Below are positions 51,998-60,919 of a stretch of 60,919 nt of DNA, in pieces. Made by a program: the position numbers and the translations under genes. The number at the start of each line of letters is the position of its first letter. Positions within the stretch are counted from its first letter, which is position 1. The stretch is taken from the NCBI GenBank assembly GCA_030167865.1, contig JALAGF010004255.1, positions 1-60,919 on the forward strand, given 5' to 3'. The stretch comes from Craspedostauros australis (taxonomy: Eukaryota). Below the pieces are notes generated by a model that saw only the letters and a program-made list of their open reading frames with translations, was not told where the DNA came from and did no database searches.

Positions 51998-53129
51998 TCA
52001 AGGCTCCACGTAATCCAGATAGTACTCGTCACTTTCCGGCACGCTCTCCGTCTTTTCTTTGTCTTCTTCAGTTGTTGGTTGCGTGGACGACGTGTCGCCA
52101 GAACCATCATCATCTTTGGCGGTTGCATTCTCGCCATTCGTCGCCCCGGCGTCTGTCGCGCTATCGACGATCCCAAGAACTCCACTGTCGCCATTCCGCC
52201 TTCGATCAGCACCGTCACCCCCTTCCCCCAACACTTTGTACAGCACAAGGACGCTCCCGAGATCCGCGTCATCCTGTTTCTCGACGACGTCGTACTCCAG
52301 TTTTTCGTACATCTTGGCGGCAGCCATATTGCTCTCCTGCACGCGGATGTAGATATCCCCTCGTATCGGATTGGTGGATTGCAAAAAATCCTCGCTGGCT
52401 TTCACCAACGACTGCGCGATGCCTTGCCGCCGATGATCGGGCGACACAGATAGATCCGACAGGTACGGCCGCGGCAACGGTGGCGTTGTTTTGCAAGGTC
52501 GGGCATCAATATCGCAGAATCCGACCACAACGTCCTCCTCGTCGCCGTCATCAGGTTTGGTGACGGCAACCAACATCCGATGGTCATCATATTGATCCGG
52601 ATATGCAAAGCTGGTTTGCAATCGATTCAGCTCGGCCAACCGATACAGAGATTTCCAACCGACCTTGTCGGCGTAGAAGGACGCGATGATGATGTTCGCC
52701 ACGGTGCCCAGATCTGCATCGAGTAGAGTACGTGATTGCACATCATTGAGTGAGTGAGTGAGTGTATGAATGTGAGTGAGTTCTGGATGGATGGAGAGTT
52801 GGATGAGGAACCAACAGGCGGATACTTCTTACTACTCTCTCCAGAGAGAACCTCGATGCGTCTCTTTCTTCTCACTCACCAGAATACTTGCAATCGCGAA
52901 CGGAGTACTCTCCTCGCTGACTTTGTGGCGCATCAGTATCGTTTCTATCGCCGCCTCTTTGCTCAGCATGTTCTGTTGCGGCGAATAGCGTTGATGTGGA
53001 CTTTGGTGACGAGACCAGCTGATGGCAGCGTGATGTGCCGACTATCTGCGGAACAAATGCAACAGCAGGATGATGATGTATGCAAAAGATCGCGATCCAA
53101 CCCAGTACAGTGATCGCAGATATCGTCAT
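51998..53129 (-). CDS. Predicted plastid-targeted GNAT N-acetyltransferase; exons 53129-52880, 52713-51998
   Basis: Signal peptide + AVA|FVP; RDCKYS|DLGTVANII junction; VVGFCDID, PYLSDLSVSPDHRRQGIA (motif A), VQESNMAAAKMYEKLEY (motif B). Confidence 0.87.
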
Positions 53130-53593
53130 GATGCCATTGGTCTGGAGCCATGGGTGTGGTACGATCTATGGACAGCAACGATGATGATTGGTGGCAATGG
53201 CGCCCTCTCTCTGTGCGCCAACAAAAGCCACACGAAAAATCGCCGCCCGTTGTCCATGTGCATTGTTGTGGTACGTTTTGCGAGGAGGTACCACGTATCA
53301 ATCATTGCCGTCAGATACTATACAAATGGTCCTAAATTCGTACTCGTTTTTGTTTCGTGGAAACGAAGAACAAATCCGCGGAAACGGAACAATGGCAAGA
53401 CATCAACATCAACGTCAGCCGATCGATCTTTGATTGGCAGCCATGAGCGACAGGAACCACTAACCTACCCGATCGCTCCATCCAACAATACTATCAGTAC
53501 GATCGACAAGCACTTGTGATAACGCCATTGTACATCACTATCGGCCAATCCACATCTACGATTGTTACGAACAAGGAGAGAGAAAGAGAGAAT

Positions 53594-54490
53594 ATGCAAG
53601 GCATCATCTGCGATCGAAGCCATTCAAAACAGTTCTCTCGATCCGCATCGGCATCCGCACGCAAATCCATCATCCGCATCCTCCTCATCATGGCAGCGAC
53701 ACTCTCGTCTCTGCAACGAACGACGGCGGCTTCAAAATCGTTGTACATCGTGCGACACGGTCAAGCGCAGCACAATCCGCGCGCCGAAGCAGCCAAAGCG
53801 GCAGGATGCAGCATGCAACGATTCTTCGAACTCATGCGCGACGACGACGCCCTCGACGCGGATTTGACGCAGATCGGCAGAGAGCAGGGACGCAGCTCCA
53901 GGCTGTCGTCGCACGTCGCCAAATCACTGGATCTTGTCGTCAGTAGCCCGCTGTCGAGAGCTTTGGAAACCGCCAACCTCGTGGTCGATGGCGCGTCGCC
54001 GCAGTGCAGTTTCCAAAAGGTCTGCTGCGAAGATTTCCGCGAAATCAACGGCAGTCTCCTCAATGCCCAGCGACGCTCGACGCAGGAACTGCGGGAGAAG
54101 TTTCCCGATTGGGACTTCTCCGGTATCCCGACCACCGATACGACGTGGTCGACCGAACTGGAGACGTACGAGGCATGTGCCGATCGAGGATACCTGGGAC
54201 TGTGCTGGTTGATGGGGCGTTCGGAGCAAAACATCCTGCTCGTGGCGCACGGTGGATTGCTGCGGTTCATGATGACGATGCAGCCGAATGTGCAGATGAG
54301 GGACATGCGAAAGACAACCAAGACGAATCCACTGTGCGACGACCGATTCGACAATTGCGAAGTGAGGCGGTATTTGTTGGATTGGGAGGATTCGTGTGAT
54401 GTCAAGAGCGTCGATGACGAGGAGACTGGAAGCCAAGACCTGTCAAAATCATCGGCCCGGACGCTTGTATTGACGCAGGTTGATCTTTGA
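53594..54490 (+). CDS. Phosphoglycerate-mutase-like histidine phosphatase
   Basis: LYIVRHGQAQHN, DADLTQIGREQ, SSPLSRALETA, LLVAHGG. Start at 53594 or 53690. Confidence 0.9.
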   Translation: MQGIICDRSHSKQFSRSASASARKSIIRILLIMAATLSSLQRTTAASKSLYIVRHGQAQHNPRAEAAKAAGCSMQRFFELMRDDDALDADLTQIGREQGRSSRLSSHVAKSLDLVVSSPLSRALETANLVVDGASPQCSFQKVCCEDFREINGSLLNAQRRSTQELREKFPDWDFSGIPTTDTTWSTELETYEACADRGYLGLCWLMGRSEQNILLVAHGGLLRFMMTMQPNVQMRDMRKTTKTNPLCDDRFDNCEVRRYLLDWEDSCDVKSVDDEETGSQDLSKSSARTLVLTQVDL

Positions 54491-54752
54491 CCACTGCAAA
54501 CACAATTAGAGTACACGAGTGTAGAGAATTTTGACTTCTTTCATGCATTTTTCTATGAATTACTTTCAACATGTGTTGCCGTGCCACCATTACGTTGGTG
54601 ACGATAGCACTACTCTAGATGGGGTTGGTTGTTGCGCCCCATCACCACAGGTCACTGTCTTGTCCCACGAAGGATTCGATGATATCCGCATCTGCTTCAA
54701 TCGCCTCGTCTTCGTGCTGCGCGTGTTGCGTCGTCGCATTGACCAGATCTGT

Positions 54753-55415
54753 CTAAGCATCTGCCGTCGACAGGAGTTCGATGAAGTGCGCCAAATCCCA
54801 AGCTTGCGCGTAGCGCAACGCCGTGTCACCGTCCTCGTTGGCTGCATCCAAACAGGACACCTGGCGAGTATTGACCAAGTACTCCAGCACGGCATAATCG
54901 TTCGATCGCACCGCGAAATGCACCGCCGTTTCTTTGTAGTCATTGGTCTTGCACAGATACTCGTCCGTTGCAGATTCCATGGCCAGAACGATGTCTTCCG
55001 GTGGCAGAATGATGGCGGTGACAGTTCCATCGTCTTCCAGTCGCGTCGCGACGGGATCGCCGTGAATGGCCTTGTGCAGCTGCGTCCACCCGTTCTCGGA
55101 AACGTGAGATTCATCCAATGTGGTGGTGAAGTCTTGTTGCGAAAGGACGTTCGATTCCATCTCGTCGGCGTCATTGTACTCGTCAACGACATTGTGCTCG
55201 TCAATGTCTTCTTCAGCGAAATCATAGTCCGCGATGTCCGTTTCTGCCATGGCAGAGTAATCTTCGTTGATCGAAACATAATCCGTATTGGCTGTCGGCG
55301 ATTCCAACGATACTTGGTCAGCATCGACCACATTGAAAAGAACAATTGCGGACACGATCGTCATGAATGACAGGAGCTTGAAAGGTGATTGCGTGTTGAG
55401 GTAAGAGAATGTCAT
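54753..55415 (-). CDS. Ankyrin-repeat protein with signal peptide and acidic N-terminal region
   Basis: LLSFMTIVSAIVLFNVVDA signal; NGWTQLHKAI, ETAVHFAVRSNDYAVLEYLV, NEDGDTALRYA. The true end may be 54642 (see findings). Confidence 0.75.
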   Translation of the reverse strand: MTFSYLNTQSPFKLLSFMTIVSAIVLFNVVDADQVSLESPTANTDYVSINEDYSAMAETDIADYDFAEEDIDEHNVVDEYNDADEMESNVLSQQDFTTTLDESHVSENGWTQLHKAIHGDPVATRLEDDGTVTAIILPPEDIVLAMESATDEYLCKTNDYKETAVHFAVRSNDYAVLEYLVNTRQVSCLDAANEDGDTALRYAQAWDLAHFIELLSTADA

Positions 55416-56569
55416 CTTGGTGCTGTTGAATTCGTTGTTGTTGTCGTTGTTGTTGTGGATGGTGATGATGTTGTGATCTTCGTTGCTGATTTTATGAGAT
55501 GAATGGATCTTCCTCTTGCTGTTCGTCTTCCTCTTGTGTTCTTGCGTTGTTCATGCGTTGTTCGTGCGTTGTTCGGCGGCGATGGGTCATCTGTCAGTGT
55601 GGATGTTGAGGTCGCTCTTCTTTTGGGCACGATTGTGCCTACGTTCCTCAAACAAGATTCGCACGTTGACATGGAACTTCGTTTCGCAGACGTGTGAATG
55701 ACTTGTTGACGTTGCATGCACAGAAGAGGTTTTTAGCCGGTGAAGAACGACATCCCTTGTCCGATGTGGAGCCGAGTCTGTGCAGGATTGAAACACGATC
55801 TTTTCATTCCGGTTTGTTTGTCAGTCTGCGAGTGGAAGCAGTCGATATGAACTCATACAAGTACATCAAACAGACTGACAGACTGCTCAAAGCGGCAAGA
55901 CAGACACGTCCGCAAACCTCCGGAGCAGTCGTCTGCGCATCCAGAGCGACAAGCTCCCAGCAGAATAGACTTGTCCATCTCGTTGCGACTCTTCGCTATG
56001 GCTGAAGCGGTGACACTCTTCCCCACCACACCAACTCGCAGAGCAGATTCACCATTATCAATGAGAGAGACGCGTCTGTAACTTGCTGGGTACACAGGTG
56101 CGCAGAACAAGAGGTGTGATACAACATCCGCAACAGACAGTTTGGCTTGTTCTCTCTGCATGCGCCCATGCCCCATTGTATTGGCGGCGATGAGCATCCT
56201 TTGGCCATATGCACGCACGGTATATCTTCAGATGGAATCTATGCAGCAAGGGGATCGAGGACGTGGTGAACAACCATCTGATTCCGACGAGCGTAGATAC
56301 CACATAGACTTGGTCTGTCCGACTATCCGTTGAATGCAACCTTTTTGGACAGCAACCAACAAAAATGATACCTTTTGGATTCGAACCTCTTCCCACCAAC
56401 CCACAACATCGACAATCCCAACGCAAGATGATGACATCGGCAACATCATCAAACGAGCCGCCATACACCATACCATACTATACCATATATGCCATACTCA
56501 CGGACTGTCTGCACAACGATTGATATGTACAATAGTACCAGTAGCTGCAGTTGAACAAGCAACAACACA

Positions 56570-57736
56570 ATGGCACGATCGAAGGAAGCCATCAAGCGAA
56601 GGGCGGAGAAGCGCCAACGGTCGGAGGCAGAGCAGTGGAAGGTGGAAGATGAGGATCGTCGCAAGAAGAGTCGGCAGGCCACAACGGATCCAGGTCGTGG
56701 AAGCCGCCACTACGGTAGCTCCAACGCATATGCGGATTCGCACTCAGCAGGAGGAGACGGAGGCAGGGATGAACGGATGAAGGAGGCCGGTGCCTGGAAG
56801 TGCCGTCAGTGCGGCAACGACAACTTCGCGAGCCGCCGATATTGCTATTCTCACACCTGCGACGAGCCCAGACCGAGGGACGCTCCTTTCGTCAAATCCA
56901 CCTCCTTTGATCGCAAGAAGCGCCAGCAGCGGAGAGAACCAGGGGTGGACTCCAAAAAGGAAGTTGGTGCCAAGCATGAGATGAAGAACTTTGCGAGCCG
57001 CGACTCATGCCACAATCGAGAAGGTGGCACGGAACTGCCACCGTCACAAGATCAGCATGGTCAGCAACTCAACACAGACGGCAAGGAGGGAGACGCAACT
57101 GGATCGTCGGGAGCTGATGGCGAGACGGCTGCCGTTCCCACGCCCACAATCTGGGCAGACCAAGCGGGTCCATCCACCTTGAAGAGCAATCAGGACTTGC
57201 GCAAACAATACCTGGAAACATCCGGGGAGGGCATGACAGAGGACGATATTGCGCGTGCCAAGATCCTTATCGCTCGCGATGAACGCAGACGCAAGAAGAA
57301 GCTTGCAGCACAGCAGTGGCATGGCGCACCCATCGCCACGGCACAGGCTGATTTAAAGGAACCAACACGCGCAGACGAAGACAAGACAAAGAAGGCGAAG
57401 AAAAAGAGGAAAAGTATGGACCAGAAGGCACAGAATAAAGCATTGCGTGATTCCAACAAGGCACTGCGGGAGAAGTACGCGAAGACAGGTGGAGAAGGCA
57501 TGAAACGCACCGACATTGACCGCGCGAAGATGCTGATTGCACGTGATGAACGCAAAAAGCAAGAACGGCTGCGATCGTCGAAGATAGAGTCTCGTGGGAA
57601 GAGCAAAGGTAACGCCAAGCACAAGAACAAGCACAAGCACAAGAGCAAAGCCAAGGATGGAAGCGATGGCGAGGCCAAGGATGTGCCATCAGACCAGCGC
57701 AGCATCGATGATACGATAGATACGATACATACGTGA
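56570..57736 (+). CDS. RanBP2-type zinc-finger, basic (likely nuclear RNA-binding) protein
   Basis: GAWKCRQCGNDNFASRRYCYSHTCDEPRP; K/R-rich; duplicated ~38-aa motif. Confidence 0.8.
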   Translation: MARSKEAIKRRAEKRQRSEAEQWKVEDEDRRKKSRQATTDPGRGSRHYGSSNAYADSHSAGGDGGRDERMKEAGAWKCRQCGNDNFASRRYCYSHTCDEPRPRDAPFVKSTSFDRKKRQQRREPGVDSKKEVGAKHEMKNFASRDSCHNREGGTELPPSQDQHGQQLNTDGKEGDATGSSGADGETAAVPTPTIWADQAGPSTLKSNQDLRKQYLETSGEGMTEDDIARAKILIARDERRRKKKLAAQQWHGAPIATAQADLKEPTRADEDKTKKAKKKRKSMDQKAQNKALRDSNKALREKYAKTGGEGMKRTDIDRAKMLIARDERKKQERLRSSKIESRGKSKGNAKHKNKHKHKSKAKDGSDGEAKDVPSDQRSIDDTIDTIHT

Positions 57737-57776
57737 GATAGCACTACCCTACACGCCACTTCACCAATGGGTATGG

Positions 57777-57901
57777 CTCTCTCTCTCTCTCTCCGGAGTA
57801 CTCGTAAAGTACCAGTAGAGGACTCTGCTCCATGACATCTTTGAGCTGCATTGTGATTTGGGAGACAACAAACGTCAAGAACCAGAGAGAGAGAGAGAGA
57901 G
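57777..57901. repeat. (CT)8 and (AG)9 microsatellites in inverted arrangement
   Basis: 57777-57793 and 57884-57901. Confidence 0.85.
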
Positions 57902-58261
57902 GATCGACTGGTACGAATAATAATAATCTGTTTGAAGTTGACTCATCTGACTAATCCATTTTTGAACAACACAAGAACAACGCGCCAATGACGTCTGAGG
58001 ATCAAACCACAAACGTGACATCAACAACACACATCATCACGATCACAGCCAGCAACACATCTCATCTCCACCTTCACCGTCACCGATCCATCCATCCATC
58101 CATCCACCCACCTAGTCATCTATTACAACCGCCAACACAACATACGATCGTCATCTTGTGAGTATACGTAGACTACTGAAACATCTCCAGAAAGTATTCG
58201 CAGGACAGAACGAAGACGCGGCATAATATTGTACCACAGAGGACGTTGGAAAGATACAAAA

Positions 58262-59194
58262 ATGGCGACCAAGAGCGACGATCAGAACATTCCTGCGGCA
58301 GCCGTCCTTTGGAGACGTGCCTATCATGCAGTGCCACCGGTCAACTTCCCAGGCACGCAGCTCTCTGTCTCGTTCTCGTTGGTCAGCGCTGTCTTCCTCA
58401 CCACCATCCGACTGACCATGGAGCAGGTCCTCCCAGCCGCATTCGGCTGGCCGGCACCTGGAGAGATGCCGACCATGGAGGCAGCCGCAAACTGCACCTC
58501 GGTGTGCCACTCAACGCTTCTTTGCTTCGGACTATGGGCGGCTCTGACCACGCAACCATACTGTCCCAACGAGAAGCTGGAGAAGGCACCGCAGTGGTGG
58601 AGGGAGTTGACGGACGCCCTGCTGCAATTCTGCACGGGTTACATGATTTACGACGGCGTCGTCAATATCCTGTACCTGCGATGGAACGCGGGTGCTTGGT
58701 ATCCAATCTTGGGTGACGATGATATCCTTTTCCTGGTCCATCACATGATCACGTCCACCTACATGACGTCCACCCGCGTCATTCAGGCAGGACACATGTC
58801 CGCCATGATGTGCATGTTGCTGGGTGAGATCACCAACCCGCTGCACAATGCCTACATGATGGCTGATGTCGCCATGAAGGTATTTGTGGAGGAGGGTGAT
58901 GCCGCCACTGCGCCTCTCACGATCTTCCTCAACAAGTGGATCACCGTGAGCTTTGCGGCGGCCTATTTGTTCGCACGGGTGCTCCTCTTCCCCGCCTTTG
59001 GGGTTCACATGTCCTACAATCTCATCGGCACCAAGAAGGGCCGCAGCAACATCCCGCTGGGACTCAACATCATGTGGAATGCGATGATATGGATCGTATC
59101 ATTCGGCAGCATGTCGTGGATCGAGAAGTGCTACTACATCCTGGTGGATTTTGCCTCCGGTGGAGTGGCTGCATCTGGTGGACAAGAATTGTAG
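58262..59194 (+). CDS. TLC (TRAM/LAG1/CLN8) domain membrane protein
   Basis: Multiple TM segments; FCTGYMIYD, FLVHH, LLGEITNPLHN, AYLFARV; ends GQEL. ATG at 58262. Confidence 0.85.
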   Translation: MATKSDDQNIPAAAVLWRRAYHAVPPVNFPGTQLSVSFSLVSAVFLTTIRLTMEQVLPAAFGWPAPGEMPTMEAAANCTSVCHSTLLCFGLWAALTTQPYCPNEKLEKAPQWWRELTDALLQFCTGYMIYDGVVNILYLRWNAGAWYPILGDDDILFLVHHMITSTYMTSTRVIQAGHMSAMMCMLLGEITNPLHNAYMMADVAMKVFVEEGDAATAPLTIFLNKWITVSFAAAYLFARVLLFPAFGVHMSYNLIGTKKGRSNIPLGLNIMWNAMIWIVSFGSMSWIEKCYYILVDFASGGVAASGGQEL

Positions 59195-60674
59195 AGCAGA
59201 GCAGCAAGAGCGCATGTCATGGATCGTATTCGTCAGTTTGCACAAGCATTTATCGGGAGAGGCAGGATCTCGCGAGTCACCCCAATCCGAGGGGAATCGA
59301 GTTCTATTTCGCTTTCTCACTTCAAGTTGTACCATGCCGGCGTTGGCACCGTTGCTCCCTCTCGAACCACATGGAAGAGGTGAATGCGATCATTCCTCCG
59401 GAGTCGCACGATCTAGGGTATTACACCAGAGTACAGTCAGGCAACTGCGGTACTCGAGGCGTTGTGATGACCAGTCGGCATCTTGGTTGTAAAAAGCAGA
59501 GAACCGCCACCACAGTTCCCTCTGGGACGCCCCGAACAGGATCCCGCCACAGTTCAATGAACCCGGGAAGAAACGAGTCTTCTTCGCAAACCGCGCGTTG
59601 GTGTTATATTTCACATCAATCCGATGAGATCGTACTCCTTGTTCCAGGACAACGTAGGCACCAAGTTTCTGTGCAAATAGAGCAATAGACAGCTTGCGCC
59701 ATCAACATCAAACACCATCAACTCCACCAGTCTTCCCCACCGTGGCTCGTACCATGATGTCTCTGTCTCGCGGCTTTCCGCCTCTGAGAAATTGGCGGGA
59801 CATTCGTGCACGCAAAATCATCACCAACACACGCCAAGAGAACGCTGTGTGGGACAGAAATGTTGTCTGATGGAAACACACGAAGTGCTTCTCTACTCGC
59901 ATGGGTATGTTTGACATCTGTGCCATGATGCCCTCTTGCTCTTTGCTCCGTCCCCATGCGTGGCGCAATGATGTATCTCCAAGATTTGTGTAGTCGTATG
60001 TGTGACAGGCATGGTGCGCGTAGGTAAGAACATGTCACCCAAGCCTTGCTCTGACATGAAACAGCCACTAACATGCCACGAGGGGGCGAAGAGCAAAGTG
60101 GTCGGAGACGCGAGAATGATTCCATGCGCCAAGTAGGCTTCCGCACGTCCAGTCCTGGGCGAGTTTGATTTTCTGAGAGAATGGTGGCATCAGCAACTAT
60201 TCTACCCTCGCGCAGGGATGGAATGGTGAAGAAATATAATAGGGGTGACGCACAGAGTACCAACATGGTGTGGCAGAGCATCATACGCCGTCTGGCCGGG
60301 TGCTCATCTCCAACAATGAACTCAAACACAACAGGTGGTGTTGGGGCTCGTCCGGAGAGAAACCATTTCCAAAAGCCACGGTGCCAACCATGCACTTGGA
60401 ATTGCATGTTGCTCTCTTCCACACGAGAAGGAATGTCATTGAGCGTAGACGACCACGATCCACCATCCGCGAGGTTCCGTGCCTGGCTTCCATGTGCGCC
60501 GCCTTCTCTCGTTCCTCTCTTCTCTGCGCGTTCGTGGAGGAGCTTTCGGTCGCGCAGAGTCCAATAGCCATGAGGACAGATTCTGTCTGGGGAGACCAAA
60601 AATGGCCATTTTGGGCTCAGGAGACAAAGTTACCCGGAGGTTCGCCAAAATCCGGTCTGAGGAGACAATTTTCA

Positions 60675-60749
60675 NNNNNNNNNNNNNNNNNNNNNNNNNN
60701 NNNNNNNNNNNNNNNNNNNNNNNNNNNNNNNNNNNNNNNNNNNNNNNNN
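60675..60749. other. Assembly gap (75 N)
   Basis: Run of N. Confidence 1.
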
Positions 60750-60919
60750 GTTCTGACATCTCCTCCTCCAAGATTTTCTTCATCGTCATTGTTTCTTCGC
60801 TTTCCTCCAGATGGCAACAACCCTCCCTCTCCAATCTCCTTGCCTGCTGTGGTTCATTTCATCCCATCATCAACCTCGCACCTCCTTGCTTATCATTCGC
60901 AGCATCCCCCATACTGCCT

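Noticed and set aside
56377..56387. GGTTCGAATCC (tRNA T-loop/B-box) on the minus strand
   Set aside because: T-stem does not pair beyond 2 bp; no cloverleaf.
59718..60599. 293-aa minus-strand ORF as a transposon protein
   Set aside because: Non-ATG start and no RT, integrase or transposase motifs.
1..60919. Whole window as a co-functional signalling cluster (STAND, TSC2, RVxF protein, two CDPKs)
   Set aside because: Eukaryotic gene order with mixed strands and unrelated housekeeping genes; no evidence of functional clustering without synteny data.

Overview
Gene-dense eukaryotic nuclear scaffold, most likely from a diatom (inference from GT-AG introns, bipartite ASAF/AFVP-type plastid presequences and diatom-typical families). 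About 20 protein-coding genes are supported. In order: a 5'-partial STAND ATPase-TPR protein; a sulfotransferase-like type II membrane protein; an S1-NKAP fusion; an STI1-repeat acidic protein; a large PDZ-like unknown; a TSC2/tuberin-like RapGAP; an RVxF-bearing protein of a diatom-type family; WDHD1/Ctf4 (4 exons, E2F-like promoter sites); a mariner-HTH-derived repeat protein; a CRAL-TRIO protein; two CDPKs flanking a plastid-targeted JmjC-Tudor protein; a secreted/GPI-type protein with four 16-Cys repeats; a possible small spliced ORF; a plastid GNAT; a histidine phosphatase; a secreted ankyrin protein; a RanBP2 zinc-finger protein; and a TLC-domain protein. A 75-N gap lies near the end. 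No rRNA, tRNA or CRISPR array is supportable, and I see no operon-like novel system. The strongest leads are single-gene architectures (S1-NKAP, mariner HTH without catalytic domain, RVxF family, 16-Cys surface protein, plastid JmjC-Tudor) and self-complementary introns. All family calls are by motif recognition, not database searches.
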